Assembly: GCA_049968255.1 (NCBI GenBank)
Contig: JBMFRB010000004.1
Coordinates: 64,001-128,000, forward strand
Origin: Candidatus Sumerlaeaceae bacterium
GTDB lineage: Bacteria > Sumerlaeota > Sumerlaeia > Sumerlaeales > Sumerlaeaceae
DNA length: 64,000 nt
Direction of reading: 5' to 3'
Positions 1 to 10,645 of this stretch are shown piece by piece. The number at the start of each line of letters is the position of its first letter. Positions within the stretch are counted from its first letter, which is position 1. Under the pieces are notes generated by a model. The model saw nothing but the letters and a program-made list of their open reading frames with translations. It was not told the DNA's origin and did no database searches. Position numbers and translations under genes: made by a program.

Positions 1-1
1 G

Positions 2-178
2 GTCGGGCTCATAGTTGCCAGCATCGGAGCTGCCATGCGCACGGCCCAAGGGCACCCAGTGATTTCTCAGTCCACTTTCTCAGCCACGGTTATCATGGTG
101 GTGGTCACCACAATGCTCACGCCTCCGCTGTTGAAGTGGGCCATCGGCCGGTTAGAGGAGAAACGAGGAACAGCATAA
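2..178 (+). CDS. 3' end of a cation:proton antiporter (CPA2/NapA-like), truncated by the window edge
   Basis: Manual translation VGLIVASIG...ATVIMVVVTTMLTPPLLKW...*; matches the tail that follows the PRGEVGL motif in CPA2 antiporters; TAA at 176-178. Confidence 0.7.
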   Translation, partial: VGLIVASIGAAMRTAQGHPVISQSTFSATVIMVVVTTMLTPPLLKWAIGRLEEKRGTA

Positions 179-245
179 TTGCTCCCAGTGACCCCTAAAG
201 CGCTCGGGACGGCGTTTAAGCAGAGGACTCTCTAAGCAAACACAT

Positions 246-1013
246 CTAACTCTGGTTTGCGAGATAGATTTCTTTCAATCCAATCAGCGTGAGATCTTCA
301 TTGCACTTTTTCACGATACGCGAACGAGTCGTGATCGAAGTGGCAAGGCCCCCTGTCGCCACCGTCCGCGTCTGGTATCCTAGCTCGTCCCACATTTGTT
401 CAATCAGGCGATCCACTGCCCCAGTTAGTCCCAGCAACAAACCGGAACGAATGCTTTCCACCGTCGTTCTTCCGATGGCGTGATGCGGTTCGTGAGGAGC
501 CACCCGCGGCAGGCGCGCCGTTCTTTTCGCCAGCGCCTCGGCCGAGAGTTCAACGCCAGGCAAGATCGCGCCGCCAAGATATTCACCATCTTTGCTCACC
601 ACATCCAGTGTCACCGCTGTGCCCACGTCCACCACGATGATCGGCGCTCCGTAGATTCGCATGCCGGCCACAGCATTGGCCAGCCTATCAACACCCACCT
701 CGTTGGGTTTCGCATACTTGTTCACCACTGGCATCGGTGTTGCATAAGTAACGTGGAACACTGTCGCGCCGCACAGCCGGTTCAGCGCGGCATCGATGGT
801 ATCCGACAGGATGGGCACTACGCTTCCGACAACGATCGATTGAAGCCTCGTGCACGTCACTTTCGCGCGACTCAGCAACGCCTCGATCAGCACACTGTAC
901 TCGTCCGCCGTGCGGCGTGTGTCCGAGGCCACACGCCATCGCACAGCAAGTCTCTCGCCATCAAAGAGGCCCAAAACCACATTCGTATTCCCAATATCCA
1001 CAACAAGGATCAT
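246..1013 (-). CDS. coaX: type III pantothenate kinase
   Basis: DIGNT N-terminal motif, GVDR, VDVGTA, GGAILPG. Confidence 0.95.
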   Translation of the reverse strand: MILVVDIGNTNVVLGLFDGERLAVRWRVASDTRRTADEYSVLIEALLSRAKVTCTRLQSIVVGSVVPILSDTIDAALNRLCGATVFHVTYATPMPVVNKYAKPNEVGVDRLANAVAGMRIYGAPIIVVDVGTAVTLDVVSKDGEYLGGAILPGVELSAEALAKRTARLPRVAPHEPHHAIGRTTVESIRSGLLLGLTGAVDRLIEQMWDELGYQTRTVATGGLATSITTRSRIVKKCNEDLTLIGLKEIYLANQS

Positions 1014-1912
1014 TCCGGAGCCTCTCCCTCAGCCTTAGGTTTAGCTTCCTTCGCCCTGCGGTCTTCGTCTGTGCGCAATTCCATCACGTCACCGCTCAGC
1101 ACCTGCTTGGTCACGCCATTATCTGCTCGCACAAGCAATGCCCCTTCTGCCGAAATCCCGACAGCAACGCCTTCCAGAGTCTCATGAATTGCTGCTACCC
1201 GGACTTGGCGCCCGATTGTCGTGCACAGCTCGTTCATCTTTTGTGCCAAGCTCGAAAGATCCCCACACTTCCACCAGAATTCGAGCTGCCTCAGAATTTT
1301 CGCCAAGATTCGCCAGCGATTCCATTCTTGTCCGCTCTCCAAGGCAAGAGATGTAGGCCTCACCGCAGCGCACTCTGGCAGCTCCTCAGTTCCTTGATTT
1401 ACATTCACTCCAATGCCAAGCACATAAGCATTCGGAAATTTTGGAGCCCACTCGAGAAGAATGCCGGCGCACTTTCGTCCATGCACGATAATGTCGTTAG
1501 GAAACTTGATCGTCGCCTCCAGCCCGGTCACTTCGCGGATAGCCTCCGCTGTGCTCACGGGACCGGCCAATGTCATGAACTGGTTCTGCTGCTCGCGGCC
1601 ACGCCATGTCACCCGGTCGTTGGCAGCTAACAGCAGCGACATCAAGATTGCTTTGCCCCGTGGGGCCAGCCAAGGGCGCTCGTGACGACCTTTGCCGGCA
1701 GTCTGGTAATTGGCCACGGCAAGCGTTCCCTCGATACCCTCAAGCGACGGAGCGGACTCTACGAACCGCATAAGCCAGCGCGACGTTGAGTCCACCTCCT
1801 CAAAAAAATAAAAGCGCCGCACCAGCGCGATTTCTTCCAGATACTGAGCAAGCGCAAGCGCTTCGACCGGAGTCTCCGGAATCTTGCCCACCTCGTCCTC
1901 GAACCAGCTCAT
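1010..1912 (-). CDS. birA: biotin--[acetyl-CoA carboxylase] ligase, no recognisable HTH
   Basis: VDST, QTAGKGRHERPW, KFPND, KCAGIL, GIGVN; start moved to ATG 1912, which overlaps the atpG stop (ATGA). Confidence 0.9.
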   Translation of the reverse strand: MSWFEDEVGKIPETPVEALALAQYLEEIALVRRFYFFEEVDSTSRWLMRFVESAPSLEGIEGTLAVANYQTAGKGRHERPWLAPRGKAILMSLLLAANDRVTWRGREQQNQFMTLAGPVSTAEAIREVTGLEATIKFPNDIIVHGRKCAGILLEWAPKFPNAYVLGIGVNVNQGTEELPECAAVRPTSLALESGQEWNRWRILAKILRQLEFWWKCGDLSSLAQKMNELCTTIGRQVRVAAIHETLEGVAVGISAEGALLVRADNGVTKQVLSGDVMELRTDEDRRAKEAKPKAEGEAPE

Positions 1913-2784
1913 GCTTTGAGGGCTTCTGCGCCGCTCACGATCTCGATGATTTCCTTCGTAATCGCGGCCTGTCGCGCCTTGTTCATTTTCAGTGTAAGCT
2001 TTTCCGTCAACTCCTCGCAATTGCGGGTTGCGCCACTCATTGCCACCATACGTGCGCTATGTTCCGCCGTAAACGTCTCGGCCAGCGTGATGTAGATGCG
2101 GTTGGCCACAAAGCGAGGCAGCAAGGCTTCAAGGACTGCTGCCGGGCTTGGCTCGAGGATGAACTCATGGGTCCGGCGCGCAGGCGTAATTGCAGGCTGG
2201 TCAGTAACATGCGTGGCTCCTACTGGCAGCAAGACTTCCAATTGCGGCCGATAAACAAGCGTGGAAACAAAGCGGTTGTAAAGCAGCACAACTTCGTCGC
2301 ATTCCCCATCGAGGAAACCCCGCACCAAGAGAGCCCCAATCTCGCTCGCTCGGGCGACAGAAAGTTTTGTGCTCAAATCTGTGACAGCACGCCTGATTGT
2401 CACTCGCTTGGTCTTGAAATAATCGTAACCTTTTTTCCCAATGCAAATCAGCTCTACAGGCAGAGCGCTTTCGCGCAAAAACGCCTCAGCGCGCTTAATG
2501 ATTTGCGCGTTGAACGCACCAGCTAGCCCACGATCTGCAGTGAAGACCACAAGCCAACGTTTGGTGATGGGCCGGCTTTGTAAAAGCGGGTGCGAAACGG
2601 AGCCGCTGGCCGACAGCTGCTCCAGTAGCTCTTTTAGCTTTAGCGCATAAGGTCTTCCAGCCAAGAGAGCTGCCTGTGCGCGCCGAAGTTTTGCCGCACT
2701 CACCATTTCCATCGCGCGCGTAATCTGCTTTGTATTGCGGATGCTTCTCAGGCGTCGCCGCAGCGCTTTGACGTTCTCTGCCAT
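1909..2784 (-). CDS. atpG: F1Fo ATP synthase gamma subunit
   Basis: KQITRAMEMVSAAK, DRGLAGAFN, EHSARMVAM, NKARQAAITKEIIEIVSGAEAL. Confidence 0.97.
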   Translation of the reverse strand: MAENVKALRRRLRSIRNTKQITRAMEMVSAAKLRRAQAALLAGRPYALKLKELLEQLSASGSVSHPLLQSRPITKRWLVVFTADRGLAGAFNAQIIKRAEAFLRESALPVELICIGKKGYDYFKTKRVTIRRAVTDLSTKLSVARASEIGALLVRGFLDGECDEVVLLYNRFVSTLVYRPQLEVLLPVGATHVTDQPAITPARRTHEFILEPSPAAVLEALLPRFVANRIYITLAETFTAEHSARMVAMSGATRNCEELTEKLTLKMNKARQAAITKEIIEIVSGAEALKA

Positions 2785-2936
2785 CTGCTCCTGTCCTTAC
2801 CGGTGCAATCTTGTGTTGTAACGATGAGTGATGGCCCGACGGTGGGCATCACGCAAGCGAAACGAACGCAATTGAATACCAATTTAGGCCGGAATCATTT
2901 CTCGAGTGCCCCGCTGCGCACCACCTCGGCAACGTC

Positions 2937-4955
2937 TTAGCCGCGACGACGACCAGGATGCCGCTTGATCGCAATGATTGTGCGGCATGCGAAGGGCAAA
3001 CTTCTGGGGCAAAAGCGAATTCCCAGCGCCGGCGCAGCAAGACGAATCGAAAAATGAGGGCTTATCCAGCCTTGTGGCACAACCTCATCGCCAACATAGC
3101 ATGTTGCTTCGCCGCTCGGTTCCCATTCGAGCGCACAATCATAACATTTCCCATGCCATTCCGCTCGCCCCTCCTGCACACTGACCTCCCCATCAGCGAA
3201 ATGCCACCACATCGTGATTGTTTCCGGAGCTTTCGCGCCTTGCTTCTCTGCGCAGACCGCATCCATGACCACATAACGATCGTCGAACTCCGTTCGAATC
3301 GTTCGTCGATGCCGCCAGAGAACGTAACCGTCGTGACTGGCGCTGCACTCGGCCCACGCTCCAAATGTCCACTCTTCAATTCGCGTCGAGGCCACCCGTC
3401 TCCACAGAAATGGCCCACACATCTCCGACTGATCCCGCCCATTGATCTCCAGCGTGTTGTGAGCACGAGTGGAACGGAACCAGTCACGCCACGCACGTTG
3501 GCCATGATAGCAAAAAGTGCCTGAGTCGACCAGGATCTGTTCACCCCGCGCATCAATCAGCAACGAGAGAGCGTCAGCGTGCGCATGCGCATAAAGTGGC
3601 GGGTAGCCATGAAGCCCAACGTCGGCGATAAGCTTCGTGTCTTTTCCCCTCAACACCAAAATCCCCGATGGTTGGAAAAGTGAAGCCGCAGCAGGCTCTG
3701 CATGCTCTGGCGCGATTCTAGCATTCGGCGAACCCGTACGCTCCTCATGCCCTGTGTCGCGTGGTGCGTTTGCACCCCAAAGCCATTTCGCCAAACGCAC
3801 ACTGAAAGGCAAACTCTGTGAGCGCTTTTCCCCGCACTCTCCCGCCATACACCGCAGCAAGACGGGCCACTGCTCTGGCTGGATTTGCACACCAAGAGGA
3901 ATAATCTCCGCATCATCACTGTCGGCCAAAGCCGGAAATGGGCACCCGTCGCTGTGAATCGTTGACAAGAACTTTGCCACCGCTCTCCAACGCTGCCTCC
4001 ACGCCTCCGGAATTTCCCTTCCACTTTGCCGGCGTGCCGCCGCAACACACAAGCTCCACGCCACATCTTCGAGAAGATATCCCACGCTCAATTCCACACA
4101 GAAACCATCCGGTGTAACTTGGCGTGGAAACTCTGCGTCCAGCAATCGGGCTCCTAGTTGCGCATGCAGCCGGGAGTCAGGAAGAAATGGCCACGCCACG
4201 CCTGCCACTTCCAAGCAAGCGGCCTCTCCTATCAAATGGTTATTCGATGAGGAATAACGACTCAGAAAGCGCCGACAGAAATCTGCAGCCAAAGCCACAT
4301 AAGCAGCGATGGTCCCAGCTTCCGCACGACCGACAACAGCAAAAGGCTCAATCAAGGCCAGAGCCCACGTCCAGTTCACGACGCGAAGAGCCAGCTCAAG
4401 ACCCGATGTCCAATGAATTCCTCGGTAAGGTGGATTACACCTCACAAAATGAAGGATATCCTCGACAACTGTCCGGGCTACGTCCTCATCGTCTAGCATG
4501 CGAGCCGCGAGCGCGCGCGGCACCAGCCACGGCATGCGTCCCAGCTCCCAGACGTATTTCACTTCCCCAAGGTCGGACTGATGGCGGTAATCGATCGAGA
4601 AGGCGCATTCATCGCTCGGCCAACATTTTCCCGTCACCGGATCTAAAAACCAATTTAGCGGCGAACCAAAATGTCGCTCCGGCAAACCAAGCAAAGCAAA
4701 GCTGTTTCGGTCCGAACTTTTTGCGCGATCCGCAATCGGCGAAAAATGCGATCTCGCTTCTTCCACCAGTTCGGGGACAGGGGCGACCAACCGAAAGCCA
4801 AGCCCGATCGGATCGCTCAGCTCAAAATCCAGGAACTTCCGTGGCGGACCGAACCTCGCAAGCCACTGCTGCTCGAGTTTGTGCCGCACACGGTCCGCAA
4901 TTTCCGCGGGAGGCATTGCCTGCAATCGGCGGTAATACCAGACCAATCGATTCAT
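2937..4955 (-). CDS. heparinase II/III-family protein of polysaccharide loci
   Basis: KYVWELGR, SSNNHL, HAHADALS, DSGTFCY, FRSTRAHNT, HDGY. Confidence 0.85.
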   Translation of the reverse strand: MNRLVWYYRRLQAMPPAEIADRVRHKLEQQWLARFGPPRKFLDFELSDPIGLGFRLVAPVPELVEEARSHFSPIADRAKSSDRNSFALLGLPERHFGSPLNWFLDPVTGKCWPSDECAFSIDYRHQSDLGEVKYVWELGRMPWLVPRALAARMLDDEDVARTVVEDILHFVRCNPPYRGIHWTSGLELALRVVNWTWALALIEPFAVVGRAEAGTIAAYVALAADFCRRFLSRYSSSNNHLIGEAACLEVAGVAWPFLPDSRLHAQLGARLLDAEFPRQVTPDGFCVELSVGYLLEDVAWSLCVAAARRQSGREIPEAWRQRWRAVAKFLSTIHSDGCPFPALADSDDAEIIPLGVQIQPEQWPVLLRCMAGECGEKRSQSLPFSVRLAKWLWGANAPRDTGHEERTGSPNARIAPEHAEPAAASLFQPSGILVLRGKDTKLIADVGLHGYPPLYAHAHADALSLLIDARGEQILVDSGTFCYHGQRAWRDWFRSTRAHNTLEINGRDQSEMCGPFLWRRVASTRIEEWTFGAWAECSASHDGYVLWRHRRTIRTEFDDRYVVMDAVCAEKQGAKAPETITMWWHFADGEVSVQEGRAEWHGKCYDCALEWEPSGEATCYVGDEVVPQGWISPHFSIRLAAPALGIRFCPRSLPFACRTIIAIKRHPGRRRG

Positions 4956-6478
4956 AGGGCCACTGGCGACGGCTCAGCAGGATCTCCCACCCGGATGTGA
5001 CCTGCCCAGCCAAAGTGCGGTTCGAAAAGAAAACGCTGCCACGGAATCGTATCAAACTCGCCGCGCCAACAGGCGGTGTTCGAAATGCACTCGATCTCCT
5101 CAGGCGCTACGCTTGTTAGCGGCCATCGCATCGTCGCGTCAAAAGCCCGCGACACAATGGGAACCAACCGCCAATCGAATCCCATAATTCGTGTGGCCAC
5201 CGCATCGGCAATCACAGGATTGCGCGACCCGATCAAAAGGCCGCACGGTTTATCCGACGGAGCCAAGGGACCATTTCCCTCTCCACCGATGATGCCGTCG
5301 ATGATTGTTAGGTAATTGCGTTGCAGCGTCTTCTGCATAAGGCCGTTTTTGTCAGCATAAAAGAGAATCCGCTTTAGGTCCAAACACGTACGCCAGATCG
5401 TATCGTTTCCCCACCAGTTTCCGGAGCGAACGCGTCCAGCATTAGTGTCACCAAAAATAGCTTTCCCCACAGTCTTGACGGGCTTCGCCACCACTCGCTT
5501 CAGCGGTCCCAAGTGTGGGAAATATTCCTTGAACAGTTGGACGACCTTCTGCTCCACCCGGTTTTTCACATCGTTTCGATCAAACTGATCGCCACCATCT
5601 GCGGGCACGCCTTCGGTATGATGCGGCAGCCAGTTCTTGTTGCCGTTGATGCCAATCATGTTTTTCAACGAAAGCGTCACTCCCGCTTTTTTGTGCGTTT
5701 TGAGTTTCGGGAGATTGATCAAGACATCCGCTGCCAAAATCGTCCGGCAAAGTGGATATTCGTGTTTGCCCGGCCCATGGTGCTGTTGCATTTCTGCCAA
5801 CGAGTATTCGGCCCCCCGAAACTGTGTCGCCTTAGAACTTATGGGTTCAAACATAGAGTCAGTTTTCAGATCCACCGCCGCATAGCCAAGGGGATCCCCA
5901 GGCAAGTCCTCATGCCGCACCAGGACGCCGTCTACCTTATGGACGTAGGCCAACCGTAAATCATAAACCTCAATGTCGATGTTTGTGTGTGTTTTGTAAA
6001 AATCTCGTATTTCGGGGAGCCCCGAGAGTCTGAGTATCTCAGAAAAGACCGCATCGTTTTGCGGAGAATCCGCAATGATGACCCGTCCCCGCCCGTCAAG
6101 TGCCAGGTAAACGTAATCGAGCACAGCCCGAATCACGGACCCGTGGGTAATCAGGCTTTTGCACTCCACCCCAAGATCGTGAAAATTCCTCACCCAATTT
6201 GGCTTCAGCAGCACAGTTTGCCCTGGAGAGATTAGCTCCCGCAGAGGATTCCATGCTCCGGTGCCGTAACGGGCGCTGTCAAAACCGAGCACACGGAAAA
6301 GCTCCCGCACAGCCCCGTAAACGAAATTGGGTTCCTGCGCCACTGCTGCCCGGAACGGATATTCGGGGTAGTGCTCAGGAGGGTGGAAGGGCGGCGTGGT
6401 GGGATAGCTGGGATGCGTTTCCACTATTCCCACAGCTCGGCAACCTAGAATTTTATCCTCAAAAGACATGCTTTCCAC
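4952..6478 (-). CDS. DUF362 domain protein
   Basis: VLLKPN, INLPKLKTH, TLSLKN, DGIIGGEGNGP. Confidence 0.85.
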   Translation of the reverse strand: MESMSFEDKILGCRAVGIVETHPSYPTTPPFHPPEHYPEYPFRAAVAQEPNFVYGAVRELFRVLGFDSARYGTGAWNPLRELISPGQTVLLKPNWVRNFHDLGVECKSLITHGSVIRAVLDYVYLALDGRGRVIIADSPQNDAVFSEILRLSGLPEIRDFYKTHTNIDIEVYDLRLAYVHKVDGVLVRHEDLPGDPLGYAAVDLKTDSMFEPISSKATQFRGAEYSLAEMQQHHGPGKHEYPLCRTILAADVLINLPKLKTHKKAGVTLSLKNMIGINGNKNWLPHHTEGVPADGGDQFDRNDVKNRVEQKVVQLFKEYFPHLGPLKRVVAKPVKTVGKAIFGDTNAGRVRSGNWWGNDTIWRTCLDLKRILFYADKNGLMQKTLQRNYLTIIDGIIGGEGNGPLAPSDKPCGLLIGSRNPVIADAVATRIMGFDWRLVPIVSRAFDATMRWPLTSVAPEEIECISNTACWRGEFDTIPWQRFLFEPHFGWAGHIRVGDPAEPSPVAL

Positions 6479-6490
6479 TAAGCACTTCTT

Positions 6491-7870
6491 TTACGGCTTC
6501 CTATGGTCTTGTGAGGCAAAAGCTTCACTCTCGCTCACCTTGGAAATCACAGCCACAAACTTTCCTCGCCCGGTCCGAGAAATCTTCTCAACGCACTCCA
6601 TCTCAATCTGAATGCTCGGTCCAAGGCGCTCACGCGCATTTCGAATAATGAGCTCCGCGTCCGCATCGCAGAATGCATGGTCAGGGACAACCAAAACACG
6701 AACGAAATCGAGTGATTCCTGGACAATTTGGCTTTCCACCACGTGCCGGACTCCTTTGAAAATATGGTCCAAGCGTCCAATGGCACGTCCCTCTGGTGTC
6801 CACACGTAGGACTCTTTGCGTCCTTGGACCCCCTCGATGATTCGGAAGTTTCTGCCACACCCACATCGCTCACGGGCAGAAAGCTTCACCGCATCACCAC
6901 TGCGATAGCGTAAAAGAATAAAGGCCCGATTGAACAGCGGCGTTCCTACCACCTCAAATTCTCCATCCCCGAGGGGCACATATTCCACCACGGCGTAATC
7001 CGGAAATTCGTGATACGTCCCATATTCGCAGCTACCTAACGCCGCAGTTCTTTCCGTATTGCCATAAAGATCAAAAACACGGCACTGAAACACGCGTTCG
7101 ATAGTTTCCTTCTGATGGGCCAACACTGTCTCGGATGAAGTAAACACGCCTTTCACCGGATACGGAGCCATCCCCATTTGCTCAAAACCACGAGCTATCA
7201 AATAAACCGACGACGGATAGCCCTCAATGGCTGCGGGCTGAAATTTTGTTATCATTTCTACATACTGCGGCAAAGTCGCCGGCGAAATGTGATACGAACT
7301 CATCAGAAGCTGATTCTCTGCCGGACTATAGAGCCAATAGGGCGGCTCCAGTTGCGAGGTTGGTACAATCAATTCGCCTCGCAAGGTAACGCGCCGCTCC
7401 CCCAACTTGTACCCAGCCCAACGCCATTGCCGCCAAATCATCGCATGTTCAAAATTAATCGCGTACATGTCACGGTAGCACACGAGCGGAGTCCCCGTTG
7501 TTCCCGATGTGTAGGCCCGACGCAAACGCCACCTTGGCACTCGCTCGTTGAGAAATTGTTCGGGGCAACCTCTTACTGTTTCCTTGTCCAGCAGGGGGAT
7601 GGCGGCAAGGATTTCGCGCGGATGCTTCCTCTCTGGGACAAGCCCAAGCTGCGCGAATAGCCGCCGATAGTAGGGGACGTGCCGAGCTGCTTCCACGAGA
7701 ATCTCGCGAAGACGAGCATCTTGCCATGTGCTGAGCTCAGTCTCTGACCACCGCGCACGTTCTTCCATCTCGGCGAGGAGTCTCGTGAAAAGCCGACCCT
7801 CCCGCAGAAATCGGTTGATGTAGCCACTCCACACGCGGCGATGACCCCAGTTTATCGGAAACTCATTCAT
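6491..7870 (-). CDS. phenylacetate-CoA ligase family adenylating enzyme (CapK-like)
   Basis: TSGTTGTP P-loop, YGNTE, RYRSGD, CGCGR, GR. Confidence 0.85.
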   Translation of the reverse strand: MNEFPINWGHRRVWSGYINRFLREGRLFTRLLAEMEERARWSETELSTWQDARLREILVEAARHVPYYRRLFAQLGLVPERKHPREILAAIPLLDKETVRGCPEQFLNERVPRWRLRRAYTSGTTGTPLVCYRDMYAINFEHAMIWRQWRWAGYKLGERRVTLRGELIVPTSQLEPPYWLYSPAENQLLMSSYHISPATLPQYVEMITKFQPAAIEGYPSSVYLIARGFEQMGMAPYPVKGVFTSSETVLAHQKETIERVFQCRVFDLYGNTERTAALGSCEYGTYHEFPDYAVVEYVPLGDGEFEVVGTPLFNRAFILLRYRSGDAVKLSARERCGCGRNFRIIEGVQGRKESYVWTPEGRAIGRLDHIFKGVRHVVESQIVQESLDFVRVLVVPDHAFCDADAELIIRNARERLGPSIQIEMECVEKISRTGRGKFVAVISKVSESEAFASQDHRKP

Positions 7871-8220
7871 CGTCAGTCTAGTCTAAGCTTCCGTTTGCGT
7901 AAAGCAAGTTTCTATAAAGCCCCAGATGCAAATCGTCCTCCTGCGCATCTTTTCCGGACTTAGCGAAGGGGCAGAAGCAAGGGGAGAGCAACATGTTGTC
8001 TACCCCCTCCATGTCGAGAAATTGTCACGTCTGCGTGTCATGCTCCTGCGGTAGTCATCCATGACGCAGCGATCGTTGCGCTCGCTTCTGCGCAAAGCTG
8101 CACCGGAGCGTGTCTTGTTATTCCCAAGTCCTTCGTGCCTCTTGACGTGAAGTTGAGCTCGCTGCACAGAAAACAATTACGATGAGCGCAGAGCACATGA
8201 ACATTCCTTCCCACGCCCCC

Positions 8221-9327
8221 ATGCACTTGCTCTTCATAGTCGGCACGCGTCCCGAAGGCATCAAGCTTGCTCCGCTCATCACAAAAGCTCGCGCCGATAG
8301 CTTGCAGTGGCAAGTGACGGTGTGCTCTACAGGCCAACACGACGAACTCTTGCGCCACGTTTTCGACCTCTTCCACATCGTCCCGCAATATCAACTTGAA
8401 GTCATGCGGCCTGGTCAAAGTCTCAGTGAGCTTACTGGTCGTCTTCTCGAGTCCCTGGCGCCAGTTGTCGCCGCGATCCGCCCCCACGTCGTTATCGTGC
8501 AGGGTGACACCACAAGCGCACTGTGTGGGGCACTTGCAGCATTCTACGAGAAAATTCCCGTAGCCCATGTGGAAGCAGGGCTGCGCACAAACGACCGCTA
8601 CGCCCCCTTTCCCGAGGAAATCAACCGTCGTCTCGTGGCCCAAATCACAACATGGCATTTCGCGCCGACAGAACAAGCTTGCAGGAATCTGTTGGCCGAA
8701 CATGTGGCTCCCGAGCACATCTTCGTTGTTGGCAACACCGTTGTCGACGCTGTTCAGGAAATCGCTCGATCCGCTGCGAACGGCAGCGATGCCCAGCTTC
8801 AGTATTTCGCCCGTCGCCCGTTTGTGCTCATCACCCACCATCGCCGGGAGAGTTTCGGCTCGCCAATCGAACGAGTGTTCCATGCCATTCGCAAGATCGC
8901 GCTGCGACATCCCGACGTTGATTTTATCTTTCCCGTCCACCCGAACCCCAACGTGCGCCAGCACGCTAAGAACCTGCTCGCTGGCCTCGAGAATGTCGTC
9001 CTTAGCGCCCCCCTGCCTTACCATCGTTTTGTCGCCTTGATGACGAAAGCCCTTTTTCTCATCACAGATTCGGGCGGCATCCAGGAGGAAGCCACGGCCA
9101 TTGGCAAACGCGTGCTCGTGACGCGAGACACAACCGAGCGCCCGGAAGCAATAGAAGCAGGCTACGCCACACTCGTCGGAACAGATGAGGAAAGGCTAGT
9201 GAAGGCAGCAGAGGCCCTCCTCACATCACCCGAGAGTTTCGGCCCCACCAACAAAACATCGCCTTTTGGCGACGGCCATGCTTCGCAGCGGATCCTCCAA
9301 ATTCTTTCTTCAGTGTTACACACATGA
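8221..9327 (+). CDS. wecB: UDP-N-acetylglucosamine 2-epimerase (non-hydrolysing)
   Basis: GTRPE, STGQH, QGDT, HVEAGLR, PEEINR, TDSGGIQEE, TERPE; start 8221 or 8182. Confidence 0.95.
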   Translation: MHLLFIVGTRPEGIKLAPLITKARADSLQWQVTVCSTGQHDELLRHVFDLFHIVPQYQLEVMRPGQSLSELTGRLLESLAPVVAAIRPHVVIVQGDTTSALCGALAAFYEKIPVAHVEAGLRTNDRYAPFPEEINRRLVAQITTWHFAPTEQACRNLLAEHVAPEHIFVVGNTVVDAVQEIARSAANGSDAQLQYFARRPFVLITHHRRESFGSPIERVFHAIRKIALRHPDVDFIFPVHPNPNVRQHAKNLLAGLENVVLSAPLPYHRFVALMTKALFLITDSGGIQEEATAIGKRVLVTRDTTERPEAIEAGYATLVGTDEERLVKAAEALLTSPESFGPTNKTSPFGDGHASQRILQILSSVLHT

Positions 9328-9466
9328 CCACAGCGAGAAATTGTAGCCGTTCAATGCTATCTCAAGCTCCACCCGACGCCCACCATGCCCACTCCACTGC
9401 AACTGGCAAGTGAAACGGCAACGGGATCGACCCCTTAACACCCCATGGGTCGGTGCCCGATCGCGT

Positions 9467-10645
9467 TCAGACGTTCAACGCGAGGTTTATCCCCTTGATG
9501 AAATTGTCCACCATGTTTTCCATCGTGAGGTGTGCAATGGTCGGGTACAGTTGCTTCCGGCGCTCAGGCTCTTTCCAGTCGTCGAAAGCCCCTGACAGTG
9601 TCTCAGCGAATTCTTCAGCAGAAACAGAGGGCGGAAGAAATACCGTGTTGCGGGGGGTAAGGTACGCAGACTCGGGAGTATTCGAGCGATGTTGGAACGT
9701 GACAACCGGAAGATCGAAACATAGGGCTCGCAGCGGAGCAAGTCCCGTCTGACCTGGCAAGCAAAACAGGTCAGCACACGCCAGGAGCTCTTGAGCGATC
9801 TCCTCGTCCACTGCGTCGAGGAATCGAACGTGTTCTGGCGTCAGTGAAGCAGCCAGCGTTTCGAGAGTTTTCCGATGTGGCCCATCGCCAACAATGACAA
9901 GAAGTGCGCTGGGGCGGGTCTGGCTCAAAATTCTGAAAGCCTCGATCGCCCTCTCCAGCAGCTTCTCGGGCAGTAAACGCCCAAGATAAATAACAACTTC
10001 CCGTCCTGCCACCTCGTGCTTCCGTCTCAATTCTTCTCGTGCACTTTTCAACCGTTCAAAAGCATTCCGCTCGGACACAATATCAATGGTGTTATGGAGT
10101 GTCACCACACGGTGTGGGGCAACGCCGATCTCAAGAAATCCCTCCCGCTGCTCTTCCGTGTAAGCAAAAACGACATCCGCGAGTCTTAAGATTTTTCTTC
10201 TATTCTTCTCGATCACCTGCTTGAGTTTAGATCCTGATCTGCCCTTCAAATCAGCGGCGAGGTCCCCCGTGTGGCCCCAAAAACCCCGCTTCACACCTAA
10301 AGCAAGCCAAGCGTTAACAGCAAAGTATGTCAAATTGCTGACCGTGGTATCCGTAATGATGAGCTCGTAGTTCCGCGCTTTGAGAAAAAAATTTTGCCAC
10401 ACGATGTCGGAACGTTTCCTCGACAGAAAAAACGTTTTTACAGGCAGAGTGCGGAATTTGAGCGAAGACGGATCGACAACGACCGGGTAAAGACGCTTTG
10501 CTCTCTCCGGCTCATAATCATGCACAACTTCGAATTGCCATGTCTGGGGACGTCGCTCTTCCAGGAGCTCATAAAATCGCACGCGGTAACTGCGCACACA
10601 ATTCAGTTGCGCAATAAGAACTTTTTTCGGCCGCGTTCGACTCAC
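9467..10645 (-). CDS. GT4 (GT-B) glycosyltransferase
   Basis: YLGRL..EK, IVGDGP, ADLFCLPG..GLA. Confidence 0.85.
   Translation of the reverse strand: MSRTRPKKVLIAQLNCVRSYRVRFYELLEERRPQTWQFEVVHDYEPERAKRLYPVVVDPSSLKFRTLPVKTFFLSRKRSDIVWQNFFLKARNYELIITDTTVSNLTYFAVNAWLALGVKRGFWGHTGDLAADLKGRSGSKLKQVIEKNRRKILRLADVVFAYTEEQREGFLEIGVAPHRVVTLHNTIDIVSERNAFERLKSAREELRRKHEVAGREVVIYLGRLLPEKLLERAIEAFRILSQTRPSALLVIVGDGPHRKTLETLAASLTPEHVRFLDAVDEEIAQELLACADLFCLPGQTGLAPLRALCFDLPVVTFQHRSNTPESAYLTPRNTVFLPPSVSAEEFAETLSGAFDDWKEPERRKQLYPTIAHLTMENMVDNFIKGINLALNV

Noticed and set aside
1913-2020. N-terminal extension of the birA ORF
   Set aside because: Lies inside atpG in another frame; ATG 1912 gives a standard ATGA coupling
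8038-9024. 328-aa antisense ORF
   Set aside because: Shadow of wecB with no motifs; typical of codon bias in GC-rich DNA
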